Source: Octopus sinensis (Eukaryota). From it: 64,000 nucleotides of DNA. The notes beneath the pieces were generated by a model. It had not been told where the DNA came from, made no database searches, and worked only from the letters and a program-made list of their open reading frames with translations. The stretch is taken from contig NC_043009.1 of assembly GCF_006345805.1 (NCBI RefSeq), positions 67,518,001-67,582,000 on the forward strand, written 5' to 3'. The position numbers and the translations under genes were made by a program. Shown here piece after piece: positions 25,387 to 38,526 of this stretch (the stretch's first letter is position 1; the number at the start of each line of letters is the position of its first letter).

Positions 25387-25680
25387 GGTACATGACTTAG
25401 TGGTTAGGGTGTTGCACCTATGATTGCGAGATCATGGGTTCGATTCCCTGACCGGGCGCTAAGTTGTGTTCTTGAGCAAAGCACTTCATTTCACGTGGCT
25501 CTGCGATCATTTCGACATCTGACATGTGGTACCCGTTTACCTGTACAGGTAATGTTGATCGGATGGAGGGAGTGAGCTTATGCCTAAAATATTTGATCAC
25601 TAAAAACAAATCATCTGTGGGGTTGTTCGGCAAGAAATGGCCGAACCCTCATACGTCGTCTAACGATGGGAGAATCCATC
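25382..25680 (+). mobile_element. tRNA-derived CORE-type SINE variant
   Basis: GTGAAGGTACATGACTTAGTGGTTAGGG..GGTTCGATTCCC..GTGTTCTTGAGCAAAGCACTTCATTTCAC with a different 3' body. Confidence 0.75.
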
Positions 25681-25894
25681 ACACAACACACACACATATG
25701 TATATGTGGGCACAGGACATCATGAAACGTGTACAACAAAAAGTACGAACCACGAACGTGAACTGTTCTTTCGAACAACGAAAGACACAAATGGAAAACA
25801 AAACAAGCAACATAAAGAACGACCCTTCATCAGTTCTTGGCTGTTTTCTAATCTCGTATTTCGAGCATTTAACAACATATGCGTGTGTGTGCGT

Positions 25895-25937
<43 letters not shown>

Positions 25938-26178
25938 TGTGTGTGTGTTTGTGTGTGTGTGTTTGTGTGTGTGTATGTATATGTATATACACTTACACAT
26001 ACATGCATAAACATATACATACAAAGAGAGTATATATGCATGTATGTATGCGTCCGTGGTAGAGAGATACAGACACGCGCAGATACAATGAGATGCGTAT
26101 GTATTTCTATGCACGCACAATTAACTCTGTGTAAATAAATAGACAAGTAAATATTATTAAGGCCAACAAGAGAGAGAG

Positions 26179-26229
<51 letters not shown>

Positions 26230-26473
26230 CTTGAGGCAAAATGTGATCAAGTGAATGATATGCAAAAAAAGCGCGAAGTTCTTAATGAATTGTATTAGAG
26301 CAGGAGATTGGTGGACGGTTGGGAAATAATCTGGCTGATCAAGTGGATTAAGGAATTGATAGACTGGCAGATAGACTGTGAGATGATGGCCATATATACA
26401 TGCACACAGACATACATATTATGCATACCCATAAACAACACACACACACACACACACCACACACCAATATATA

Positions 26474-26519
<46 letters not shown>

Positions 26520-26869
26520 AGAATACATATATATATATGTATATGTATATGTATGTATACATTTATTTGTGTGTACAAAGAAAAATAGAATTTGCTTTAT
26601 ATGTAACGTATGACGAATATATATATTCGTTTCCCCCCCTCTCGCATTTGCGTGTGTGTGTGAGATAGAGATAGAGACAGAGAGAGAGAGAGAGAGTGAG
26701 ATAATCGATATCCTAATACAGCTTTTCAAAGTTAATTTACGTTCGATCTGTTTAGAACAACCGTTCGTGTTTTCTATTTTCTATGAATATTTGATATTTC
26801 ACATTTAGCTTTCATTGATGGACGGGACTATCGGCATTTACTTAATGTAGGTCATGGCTAGAGAGGAGA

Positions 26870-26902
<33 letters not shown>

Positions 26903-27401
26903 CTGAGAGAGACAAAGACAGAGAGAGAGAGTGACTAAACACTAAGCATAAAAAATGTGAATAGTAATTATTGATGATCGTAGTTGTTGTAGTAGGATGT
27001 GAGGGAGTTTTTGGTAGTGAGTGCGGTTGTGTAGGTGTTGTTGGTGGCGGTGAGTGCGTTTATGTAGATGGTTGTTGTTGATGGTGGTGGTGGTGGGAGA
27101 AGAAAAATCTAGGAAATGGAAAGGAGTATATTTAATTATGATTATTTAGTCCATCTCCCAGTCTTGATTGAACAGAGCTACGATTTTAGGGATTCCAGCC
27201 CCGATCCTCCCTTCTTTTAGTGTAAAGTGTTCTATTTATGAAGGCTGTGGTATGTAATTGGAGGGAGATTTGCCAGCTATTTCTCGCACTTCAATTGGCC
27301 ATATATGTGCTCTGATTAAAAGAAAAGTATCAGGATTGGTGCCATACAAAGAATACAACACTTATCAATCCGGTATTTAATCTCCTTTGAAATTTTCCCT
27401 T

Positions 27402-28100
27402 CTAAAATGAAGTGGACTCACACTTTATCCAGTGTTGTCTCCGTGGATGGAGGCATTCATGGGAACTCCTTTTTTGGTGGGAATCGCGACCAGCTGCTTT
27501 TGTCGCATCCTCTTTGATTTCTTCAGCGTCTTGAGATCTTGTTCCCTTCAAGTGGGATTTGATTTTTGCAAAGAAAAAAGGACCATAGCAATAGATCCTC
27601 GATTCGTCATTTGTTATGAGCGTTTCCACATTGTTTTCGTCTTCCTCGACACAATCAAGATCTTGCGCAGCTGAAACCCGAGCTTCTTGTTGAAACGACC
27701 ACACTCTATACACTTTACTTCCAGAAACTGCATTAAGGGAGAAATGTTTAACGGTATTTCGTCTGCCGCTACGTTCTGAGTTCAAATTCCGCCGAAGTCG
27801 ACTTTGCCTTTCATCCTTTCGGGGTCGATAAATTAAGTACCAGTTACACACTGGGTTCGATATAATCGACTTAATCCGTTTGTCTGTCCTTGTTTGTCCC
27901 CTCTGTGTGTAGCCCCTTGTGGGCAATAAAGAAATGAGAAACTACTTTAACAGAAGTGAGCGAGGACGTTTTGACTTAGTGTGCATGCGCGACTGAGCTC
28001 AAGGTCAGTCTCTGCTTAGCGGCTTCATTCTTCCCGTATTAGCTCCGTTACCATAGCAGCAGTCAAGAGACATTTCGATCCGACCTCGTATATCCGACAT
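27402..28100 (-). mobile_element. Deleted mariner element interrupted by a family A SINE
   Basis: Minus translation RVSAAQDLDCVEEDENNVETLITNDESRIYCY..FAKIKSHLKGTRSQDAEEIKE. The 5' end TACGAGGTCGGATCGAAA near 28100 is of the same family as 34898-35787. Confidence 0.8.
27739..27936 (+). mobile_element. 5'-truncated family A SINE nested in mariner
   Basis: GGTATTTCGTCTGCCGCTACGTTCTGAGTTCAAATTCCGCCG..GTGGGCAATAAAGAAAT. Confidence 0.9.
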
Positions 28101-28677
28101 GGGTGACATTTTTCGAGAAGCAGGCTGCATGAGAAGTAGCTTATCATAAGGCCTGCCTATAAAACCTCCTCAAAGAAAGTTTTCGTCACGTGTGCTCATT
28201 CACAAAGTTCCGCGAGCCGCAGTTTGCCCCTGACTAATACATAGTCTGCCTAACTGGTGCTAGTTGTTATTGTGTGACCCCAGGATAGTTTGAGAAATCT
28301 GATGCATGCAGCTATTTGGTTGGACCTACGTAATGCAACCTACAGGATCTGTTGTGCTTACATTTTATTGAGGTCTTCATTGGTAAACCCCACCAATACT
28401 CCTTTTTATTATGTGTGGCTATGTCTTCTACCAAACTGTGGGTTCTCATTTCTTTGTCCTCGGGGTTATCTTTCCGACGGATTTCATTACTGAGTGTCCT
28501 AGCTATATAAGATGTCTCATCAGTAGATAATGTCATGACATTTTCTGACAACTGCGTATAATGTGAGTGATATCTTCAATGTTAACTCCGCAAAGTCTGC
28601 ATTTGGTTGTCACATGTTACTGTTTTTCCTGCATTTCTCTCCATTTTTTGCATCAGGTACTTGGTTGATGTTTCCTG

Positions 28678-28857
28678 TATGTATGTATGTGTATGTATGT
28701 ATGTATGTATGTATGTATGTATTTATGTATGTATGTATGTATGTATGTATATTTGTATGTATGTATGTATGTATGTATGTATGTATGTATGTATGTATAT
28801 TTGTATGTATGTATGTATGTATGTATGTATGTTTGTATGTATGTATGTATGTATGTA
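28678..28857. repeat. (TATG)n microsatellite
   Basis: Direct reading. Confidence 0.95.
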
Positions 28858-29582
28858 TAATAGACCAGTCTCGATGGTAAGAATACAGTTCTTGAAATGG
28901 ATAGAAAATTTCGAAAGATTGTTTTGTCATCTAGTAGAACGCCTGCTGTGTCTCTTGGAGATGTGGGCTAGAGTCCTACGTGTAGCCTTCAAAATTCTCC
29001 ATCCAAAATGGATTTTTCAACCCATTATTTACCCTCTAACACACACATATACATGTGTATGTATGTGTGTATAAAGCACGATCGGGTAAACTATTTTTGA
29101 GGGATATCATTTTCCAGTGCTCTAGAGCGTTGTATATCTGTCTTCGTGTTTTAGAGGTGGCTTTTCAGGTAATGGCAAGGACTGGGAGGATTGGAGTCTG
29201 CAACGATAAGAAAAATTCCATCTCTCACGTTACACAGATTTTACATATTTAATACTTTTGCTGTGCTGTGTAGACTGTCTGTTAACATCCTGTTACGAAG
29301 CTTATTGTCTCGTTTTTTGTTTTGTAATAGTAAATCAATGCATTGTAAGAAGAGAGAATGGATGCTCCAGTAGGTCTGGCATAATATATGACGGACCTAA
29401 TGAATTATTTATACACACAATTGTCGTTGATTCTTTCTGGTGGCTAAATGTGGCACCTGTAATCTTTCTCTGTACGTTTTGCTTCGGTCAGTTGTGTTTA
29501 CTGTTTTCTATATTTGTTGTGAATGTCTGTGGCGGAGCTGTATATAACTGATAGCGGTGTCACCTTGTATGTTGTATGTTAA

Positions 29583-29809
29583 TCTTTTATTCGATTCAGT
29601 CATTAGGTTGCGGCCATGCTGGGGCACCACATTGAAGAATTTTTTAATTGAACGAATCAATCCCAGCACTTATTCTTCTACGCTTAGTATTTATTCTATC
29701 AGTTACTTTTGCCAAACCGCTAAGTTACGGTGACGTAAACACGCCAACACTATTGTCAAGAAGCAGTGGGAGACAAACACAAACATAAATACAGTCATTC
29801 ACTCACATA

Positions 29810-29855
<46 letters not shown>

Positions 29856-29869
29856 ACACACACACATAT

Positions 29870-29907
<38 letters not shown>

Positions 29908-30068
29908 CACGACGAGCTTCTTTCAGTTTCCGTCTACCAAATCCACTCACAAGGCTTTGGTCGACCTGAAGCTATTGTGCAAGACACATGCCTAAGGTGA
30001 CACACAGTGAGACTGAACCCGGAACCATGTGGTTGGTAAGCAAGCTTCTTACCATGCCGCCTCGCCTG
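29583..30068 (-). mobile_element. Family B SINE
   Basis: Same modules as 18045-18426 with an expanded internal (CA)/(TA) tract. Confidence 0.88.
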
Positions 30069-30636
30069 TATGTTTATACTGTTGTGTTTGATAATTGCCT
30101 GTATTTGCTAATCCGTAGGGTTGCTGATAAAAAACGACAAAGTGGATTTGGCGGTTACCACAAACGGTTTACTAACCAACGTCTTGTATGATTTATTAAG
30201 ATGGTGACGAGAGGGAAGCGGAGGGGTAGATTCGAAAACATTGCGGAGGATTATGACTGATACAAGAATATGACTGTGTGGGAGACATTTGGTGTGTTTT
30301 GGGTCTTGCGTTTGTGTTCTAGTTGACTGCAAATTCAAGGTGGCTAATTGCAGATTGGCGATGTCAAGGATTAAGCTATTCTAGAATTTTTAGGGTGTTC
30401 ATAGGAGAGTGAGCGTTCATTAAGATGTTACGTCACTAAACTTTTTTTTTCTTTTTCGCTGAGTGATGGGATTCCTTCAGGCCCCAAATGTTTACTTGTT
30501 TACTTTTGGTTTGCATTCCCTTCCATTTTGTGTGCCAGGCAGAGAAACATTTTGAATGCGCGGTTGACGTGGAAGAGAGGTATTTTTCATTTTCATTGGT
30601 TTCGGTGCCTCATTTTCGGAAAATTCTTCAGGTGCG

Positions 30637-30930
30637 TGAAGGTGCGTGACTTAGAGTTTGGGTTATTCAGCTCACGATCATAAAGTCGTGAGTTCGATTT
30701 TCGCCAATGAATTGTGTCCTTGAGCAAGATGCTTTATTCCACCTTGTTTCAGTCCACTCAGCTGGTAAGAATGTGCAATAATTGCAATTCAAAGCGTCCC
30801 AGCTAAATTTCCCTGCGAACTACGTTAAGGGTACACGTATCTATGGAGTACTCAGTCCCTTGCACGTTAATATCACGAGTTGATCGGATCCACTAGAACA
30901 TCGATCGTCGCAACCGACGGAGTACCAGTT
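30637..30930 (+). mobile_element. Diverged family F SINE
   Basis: GTGAAGGTGCGTGACTTAGAG..GAGTTCGATT..GTGTCCTTGAGCAAGA..CTACGTTAAGGGTACACG..GACGGAGTACCAGT. Confidence 0.8.
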
Positions 30931-31757
30931 AACCTTACAGGCATAGTCTTTGACGTTTTGTTATTGGGACACAGGCTGTGATATTGCCAATGTGCTCCTA
31001 ATTGCTGCAGCTAATTATCCCTTATAGTATTTTATAATTAATTTTGTAGTTTATGTTGAGCTATTTAATCAGGGATTTTTCTTTTTAACTCCCTTGTTTT
31101 GTTGTTTGGGGTTAAATTTCGTAGTTTTGTTATAATACATCAGAGTTTTCTCTGACTTTAATGAAAATAATTATTTTTGATGAGTAATTAAGGTTGTATT
31201 TCTGTGTTGCTTTGTAGAAAGCTTATTATTTTCTGGGTTTTTTTTTAGGTATATTTATACTTATCTATGAATGTATATTCTGCAGTGTCTAAGCTGGCAT
31301 TTGTGCTGGGTTTATTTTTCTTATTTCTGAAAACATTTTTCTGGTTTTGATGAAACTTAATTCCATTATGCGTTTTTAGAATTTTCGAAACGTTTGTTTT
31401 TCTACATTGATGTGCAGCTGTGTTTGTGATGAGAATTTCTTGTTGCTCCAAGGAACGCTGGGAAATAGATTGCCAGGTGTTCGTGATAATCGATCGGTGG
31501 GTGTGTGTGAAGCTGAAGGTTATACCTGTACAAATGCATTTCTTCGTTTTATTAGTAAAGCATGCGCAGGTATTAAAGTGGATTATAAAGCTTATGAAGG
31601 GTGTTTAGTTGCGATATTCTATCGCTTTTGTCATTTGCGATTCGAAATCCAAGAAGCTTGACTGCATTGAAGTCTTCTAAATGAGGATCGTTATGAAGGC
31701 ATTAAGCTTTTGTGGTTGGTGCGTGTAACCTGATAACATGTTTGTTAATGGTGATGG

Positions 31758-31791
<34 letters not shown>

Positions 31792-31809
31792 ATATATATA
31801 ATATATATA

Positions 31810-31857
<48 letters not shown>

Positions 31858-31924
31858 TATCACGTGATGTATATATTTATATATATATATATCCTGTGAT
31901 CATGTGGTTGATTCTCCAGGCAAC

Positions 31925-32025
31925 CGGATATTGTTATACATCGCTGGTGATAATGCGTTTTTGCATCGTTTTAGCTTTCGAAGTATGCCACTCCGCTGCC
32001 TGGGCGAGCGGGCCAACATTCTCCA
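31925..32025 (-). mobile_element. Fragment of the family C SINE 3' region
   Basis: GATATTGTTATACATCGCTGGTGATAATGCG..GTTTTAGCTTTCGAA aligns to 14774-14860. Confidence 0.55.
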
Positions 32026-32756
32026 CCACCTTGATCGTGCGTGTGATCGTGCGTGTGAGAGTAAACTATCGTTCCATTACGATTTGACCAAGAAATTTTA
32101 TCACATCGTACGTGAGAGCAAAACCACACATGTTAGAAAGCAAGTACTCTGCAAGCTTTTATCCGTTCACCAAAATACTGTTAGAATCGGAGTGAAATAC
32201 ATATTAAGATGTATTTTAGGAGCAACGCGAGACATAGATATGTCAGATATGTATTCTACCCCTAATATGATCTCATCTTCTCTCAACTTCACCTCATTAC
32301 ATATACATATATATTCACAGGGATAATTAATTATCTATTATTCCTAACTTCACTCGCTCCCTAATATTTACTCAAGTAGCTATTAGACACACTTACCCTT
32401 TTCACCCTGGACCCAGCAGCTATAATACTTCTCTTCTCGCTTTTACTTTTCTATCCTTATCTTTCTCCCCCTCGCCCTCTCTCTCCCTCGTCTCATCTCT
32501 CTCTCTCTTTCTCTTTTCTTACATCATTTTAAGCTTTATTTGCCCGTTCTGATAGCTTAACGACTTTTTGGTTATTCCTCCAATATTTCAATGAATTTCT
32601 CCATCTCATATGTTCCTATTTGTTCTGTCTCATGTTCCTATTTGTTCATGCTGCTATCTTAATTCTTCAGTGCTATAGCCATCCTTCTGTTTCATTGCTT
32701 CCTTCTCTAATTAAGCTATTCCTTTGTGTTACTAATATGTTGTATATTTTTTTGTA

Positions 32757-32950
32757 AGGAGGTGAGCTGGCAGAATCGTTAGCACGCCGCGCAAAATGCT
32801 TAGCGGCATTTTGTCCGGTTTTACGTTCAAATGCCGAGATCGACTTTACCTTTTATCCTTTCCGAATCAATAAAATAAGTACCCGTGAGAATTGGGGTGG
32901 ATATAATTAACTTAACTCCTCTTCTGCACTCGCTGGATTTGTGCCATAAT
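32757..32950 (+). mobile_element. Diverged family A SINE monomer
   Basis: GGAGGTGAGCTGGCAGAATCGTTAGCACGCCG..GTTCAAATGCCGAG. Confidence 0.75.
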
Positions 32951-33340
32951 TATGCTGGCCTTGTGCCATATTCCTTATATTTTGGGGTCATGGACCTTTG
33001 CATCTCCACTGTTCTCATTATCTCTTCCTTCATCTCGTTTATTCACCCAATATTCTATTAAGGTTTTCATTGCTTCGCAGTTCATTCTGCTTGCGGTCTT
33101 AATTTCATCTGTTGCAGAGCTCCTTGTTTTCTCATTTTCTAAATTTAATAACCGCTCATCTCTCTACAAAGCCGAAAATAAAAATAATTTTCTCTCCGTC
33201 TGTAAAACAGTTGTAAACACATTAACAAAATTTTAAACATTAAATGTGTTTTGGAATGTTCTTTACATCTTGAAATTGCATAAACCATCTTTATCCTTCA
33301 TATTAATGAACCATATTTTATTATTACGCACTACTAAACC

Positions 33341-33550
33341 GGCAATCTGGCAGAATCGTTAGCGCGCTGGGCAAGATGCATAGCGGCATTTCATCAATCT
33401 TTATGTTCAGAGTTCAAATGCCGCTAAGGTCGACTTTGCTTCTCATCTTTTCAGGGTCGATAAAATAATTACCACTTGAGCATGGGGGTGCGTGATGTAA
33501 CAGACTTTTCAACTCACACTAAATTGCTGGCTTTGTGTCAAAATTTGAAA
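33341..33550 (+). mobile_element. Diverged family A SINE monomer
   Basis: GGCAATCTGGCAGAATCGTTAGCGCG..GAGTTCAAATGCCGCTAAGGTCGACTTTG..GGGTCGATAAAATAA. Confidence 0.75.
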
Positions 33551-34897
33551 CTATTAGTACGCACCACTTTATGCCTTATATTCAAAGTTCGCATTTTAAT
33601 TCTAAAATAACATTCCATTTAATAGTTTTCCATTTCCACCATTCGTTACGATCTGTGGTCAACCCCTGACCCTACATTCCACTGTGCTCCCACCCCTACA
33701 TTCCACTCCTATTCTATCTTCAATCCTCATTGCGTTCTCCTTCTTTCATTTCTTTTCCGCCATTTTCTTCCCTCTTCTCTTTTCGTCTTCCCACAACCAT
33801 TCCCTTGCACTCATAAATTGTAAGATATTTTTTCTTTTCTTTTTCCTCTTGTCACAGCACGAGAGCAGCGGCCATGCTGTGGCACCACCGTTAAAAGGGT
33901 TTATCTGCGTTGGTTGGGGATATCTTTATTTTAGACTGAATAACCCAATGCTTTTGCTTTTAATTTTCCACCGTTTGAACATTTCAAATGATTTTAATTG
34001 TCTTAATGAATGAATTATTTATAAATGTCGCACTTTTAAAAACACTTTTTACACAATATCTTTCCGCCATTCTCAATACATTTGTCGCTCACCCCCATCC
34101 TTCCCTCCTGTCCTTCATCTCTTTATTCTCGCTGCCTCCCGATCTCACTTCTCTCATCTAACCGCTTCTTTCTCTCATTTACTCTTCTCTATTTCTCCCT
34201 CATCCTCATTCTCGCCCCACTTCTCTCCCCCCCTCTCTCACTTGCTCTCCTCCTTCTACGCTTTCACCCTCCGCTGATTCCTCGCCCATAACATTCCCTT
34301 TTTTTCCTCCACCTTCCCAACATTTCCAGTTTTTCTTACTCGTTCCTACTCTCACCACCACTTCCGATTTTGTATCGTAATTTCTCTCGTCTCATTCTTG
34401 TCTCTCTCCCTATCTCTCTCCTTTTCTTTTTCTTTCTCCCTTTTACTCTCCTCTTCTTTCTCTCTCTTTTCCCTCCTCTTTCTTAACTATACCGCTACTC
34501 TCTCTTTTTAGCATTTATCTCGCCCCACCTTATTTTCTTTCCCTTCTACTTTCGGTTTTCTCTTTCAATCTATTACTGTTCAAACGAATATAAACAAAAA
34601 ATAGTAACCAAATTTTAACATTCGCAAGTTGCTCTTACATAACTTCAGTCGAAACACGTTTTAAGGAATCGATTACATACATAATCGTTTAAATATTATG
34701 TGTATGCATGAGAGTGTGCACGACGGAAATCAATCTTTGCATTATCATAGAGAAATATACTAAACCAGTGCAGTCGTCAACACATCAGAAACGGTGAGAC
34801 TACAGCAGAAACAAACACAAGACATGTAATGCTCCAACACAAAATTGAAGTATAAATGTTTGGCATAACATGATACAGCGAAGTGAAAACAAATAGA

Positions 34898-35787
34898 CTA
34901 GGTCTGATCAATAAGTATCCGGACTGTCGCCATAGTAATGAGGCTAAGGCATGCATAGTGAAGGGGCTTGACAAAGATAGACTTTGAACCCTGATGTGCA
35001 GGCGCACTAAGTTTTAACGCTTAAGCTCACTTCCGCTGTTTACAGCAATGCTTGGAATGAACGTGTGTAGCGTGTGATCGTTGCATTGACCATGACAACA
35101 GAAGTTGTCATGGCGATACCTGCTCAGAGGCCTACACAAAGTTGCAGAAAGTGTATGGAGAGGAGTGTATGAGCCGCACACAAGTGTACGGGTGGTTCAG
35201 ACGTTTCCAAGATGGCTGAAAAATGTCGGTAGTGGCGAGCGTTCTGGGAGACCCGCAACCAGTTGAGCTGAGAAAAACATCGCAGATATGCGAGCAGCTG
35301 TGAGGGAAATCGTCGAATCACATCCGTGAGTTATCAAAGGATGTGAAGATTAGTTACGATTCAGTTCAGTCCATTATCACTGAAGATTTAGGTATGAAAC
35401 GCGTGTCTGCCAAGTTTGCGCCAAAACTGCTTCCAGCTTACCAAAAATACGCTCGGATTTCAGTTGTACAGGTTCTCCTTGATTGTGTCGAGAACGATGA
35501 AAAAACTTTTCGAAACTTTGCATAGACCTCTGAGCAGGTATCGCCAAGGTTTCGGAAAAATTTGATGCAGACTCTCTGCTCAACATTCTATCAATGTCAA
35601 TGCGGCGATCACACGCTACACACCTTCCTTCCAATCACTGCTGTAATCAGTGAAAGTGAGCTAGAACGTTAAGAATTAGTGCACATGAACAGCAGAGATC
35701 AAGATCAATCTGTGCCAAGCAGCTTTACTCTGCGTACTTTAGCTTCATTACTTTGGTAACAGTCCGGAACTTATATTCCAGACCATG
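34898..35787 (+). mobile_element. Mariner derivative with the left end at both termini (long inverted duplication)
   Basis: Left CTAGGTCTGATCAATAAGTATCCGGACTG; right end is the reverse complement of the same ~250-300 bp, followed by TA (35788-35789). The interior encodes a frameshifted N-terminus (..SYDSVQSIITEDLGMKRVSAKFAPKLL..LLDCVENDE). Confidence 0.85.
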
Positions 35788-35956
35788 TATGCATAAATAT
35801 TTTAGGAGAGATCTTCCGCTGCAAAGAGTCTAGTGCCTATGACTGAACTCAGATCACCAGGGGCGTATTGGGTGCGCAAACGTACATATTCGGAATACAC
35901 TAGGTATCTGAATGTGACTGAAGCCGCTCATACATATAGTTAATGTGTGTCTGTGA

Positions 35957-36171
35957 AGGCGGCGAGCTGCAGAGACGTTAGCACGCTGGACGAAATGCTT
36001 AGCGGTATTTCGTCGGTCTTTACGTTCTGAGTTCAAATTCCGCCGAGGTCGACTTTGTCTTTCGTCCTTTCAGGGTGGATAAATTAAGTACCGGTTGCGT
36101 ACTGGAGTCAATCTAATCGACTGGCCCCCTCCCCAAAAATTCGCGCCTTGTGCTTAGTGTAGAAAAGAATG
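35957..36171 (+). mobile_element. Family A SINE monomer
   Basis: GGCGGCGAGCTGCAGAGACGTTAGCACG..GTAGAAAAGAAT. Confidence 0.9.
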
Positions 36172-36261
36172 TCTGTGTTTGTGTGTATTCATGTGCATGC
36201 TTAACTTTGGTGTGAGGTGGTCACTGCAGTTGTCCCCGATCTTGGTAGTCGTTCTGTACAG

Positions 36262-36555
36262 GCGCGTGGGTACACTAGCTGGGGTATTCGACTTACGATT
36301 GTTAAGGCGTGAGTTCGATTTCCAGCGGTACTTTGTGTCGCTGAGCAGGGCACTTTATTTCTCATTGCTTTGGTCTACTCAGTTTGGCAAAAATGAGCTG
36401 TACCTGTAATTCGAAAAGCCAGCCTTGTCACATTTTGTGTTACGCTGAATTTCCCTGAGAACTACGTTAAGGCTATGCTTACCTGTGGAGTATTCAGCCA
36501 CTTGCACGTTAATTTCACGAGTAGGCTGTTGGATCAACTCGAAACCTCTTCGTCG
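36262..36555 (+). mobile_element. Diverged family F SINE
   Basis: GGCGCGTGG..GAGTTCGATTTCC..GTGTCGCTGAGCAGGGCACTTTATTTC..CACTTGCACGTTAATTTCACGAG. Confidence 0.8.
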
Positions 36556-36589
36556 AATCCAACGAACTGTCGATTGTTGCTCTCGTAAT

Positions 36590-36890
36590 ATAACAGAAGA
36601 GAATATTAAGTGGAACTTTTATCCGTGTTCCAAAACCCAAAGCTTTCGAGACTTAATTTCTTGTTCGTATGTCTCACTGATCGAACATCGAACAATGGTA
36701 TTGGAAACAATGCTGCTGGAACATGAAGCGTGTGTATCCTCATCCTGGGAATCGTTCGACCTGGCATTGACCAGAAAAATCAATTTCAATCTCGTTTCGG
36801 TAACGTCTATAGACATGTAAATTATTCATTGCATTGTGTATTCCTGGCTTGGGACAAACCCAACCAGACATTGACCAGAGCAATATCTGC

Positions 36891-36921
<31 letters not shown>

Positions 36922-37200
36922 GATATTCAGCTTGTTGCTCCAGTTGTAGCAGAAGAGAGAGTTAACTGGAATTTTTCCACGTGTTTTCCCAAAAAAAGAA
37001 TAAAAAAAAACTTTGGAGACTTGATTTGTTTTCGGTATATCTCTCTAATCGAATATTGAACAGTGGGAGAGTTTTTGAAGTTATGTTCCTGAAACATGAT
37101 ACGTGTGTATCCCCAACTTGGGAAAGCAGCCAGGCGTTAACCAGAATATCAATTTCATTCTCTGTCCAGTTATGTCAATTATAGACAAGCAAATTGTTCA
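36590..37200. repeat. Old diverged direct duplication (~230-250-bp units at ~36590-36820 and ~36945-37200) separated by (GTT)n
   Basis: Shared blocks CAGAAGAGA..TTAA.TGGAA, CTTT.GAGACTT.ATTT, AACATGA..CGTGTGTATCC, ACCAGAA.ATCAATTTCA, TATAGACA. Confidence 0.7.
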
Positions 37201-37276
37201 TCCTCATGTCGGCTTTTGCTGTAACATTTTCTTATGTATGTATGCATGTATGTATGCATGTATGTATGTATGTATG

Positions 37277-37353
<77 letters not shown>

Positions 37354-37612
37354 TACGGGAGTTGAACAAAGTAATGCACAAGTAGACATTCCTTCTTTTA
37401 TTAACTAACATCGATCGTTCAAATTACACCTGTTGTTCACACAAGATCTCCTTCTCTATATAAAAATACTAATCAACTTATTCGAATCATATGCGAGGAC
37501 TTGTTTCATCGTTAAAACTAACTCGCGTATTCTCTTTGGAAAAATAAAAAAAGACAGGCTTTCGTTGTCCTTCCCAATTCATTGCATCCATTTTCATTTC
37601 ATTGATGTCTCC

Positions 37613-38478
37613 AAGGGCGCTCCGGGGCTAATGCAGTTTCGCACCTCTCCTTGAAAAATGCATTTTTTTTAAAAAGTTATTTTCAGATTCCTACGTTTTA
37701 GATGTCGGAGATTAATAATACGCAAAAAATTAACCCCCACCCCGCGAAACACCACCATCACCACCACCGACACAACTCACCACTCGTATTTAAAATTTTG
37801 AACTTTTTTGAAATTTCTTTTCCCCATGTTTTAGATGACAGAGGTTCTGTATATGAAAGAAACCAAGTTTTTAAACTTTTAAATTCAATAAGCATATAGA
37901 TAGATGTACAAACATATATATATATATATGAATGTTTTCCTGGGGCTATAAACAACAGTAACACCATATTCTATAGGACCACCACATTTAGATGACAAAT
38001 ATATTTTATGAATAAACGGACAGAGATAAATAGAAAGACAGACAAATAAATAAATGGATGAAAAAGTTCAAGATTTAAAATTGGAGGAGGGGGTAAAATT
38101 TGAGCCCCTAATTAAACTTTATAACATTAATTATTAAATATTAATGTTTGTTTCTCACATAATGGAATATATTTAATTTACATTAATTTATTATTTGCGA
38201 TTATTTAAGGCAATCAAATAAAACTCAAGTTCTTTTCACTTTAATGTTTTCGTCTCTATTTAATTTCAATTTACATACGTTCGTCAAATCGCTACGATCT
38301 CTTTAAAGTAAACAAAATCAAAAAAATTTAATTGAGTGTAGGGGTGGGGGGGAAATTAATTTTATTTTTTCGTTTTGCATAATCTCCAACATCTAAAACG
38401 TAAGAATCCGAACATTTTTACAAAAAAACTGCATTTTTCAAGGAGAGGTACGAAACTGCATTAACCCCGGTGCTCCTT
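37613..38478. mobile_element. ~865-bp MITE-like DNA element with ~110-130-bp terminal inverted repeats
   Basis: Left CCGGGGCTAATGCAGTTTCGCACCTCTCCTTGAAAAATGCA..CTACGTTTTAGATGTCGGAGATTA; right TAATCTCCAACATCTAAAACGTAAG..TGCATTTTTCAAGGAGAGGTACGAAACTGCATTAACCCCGG. Confidence 0.85.
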
Positions 38479-38526
38479 CATTGGGACTAATAAGTAAAAA
38501 GTAGGAGGTTGCTACATTTGAGCAAT

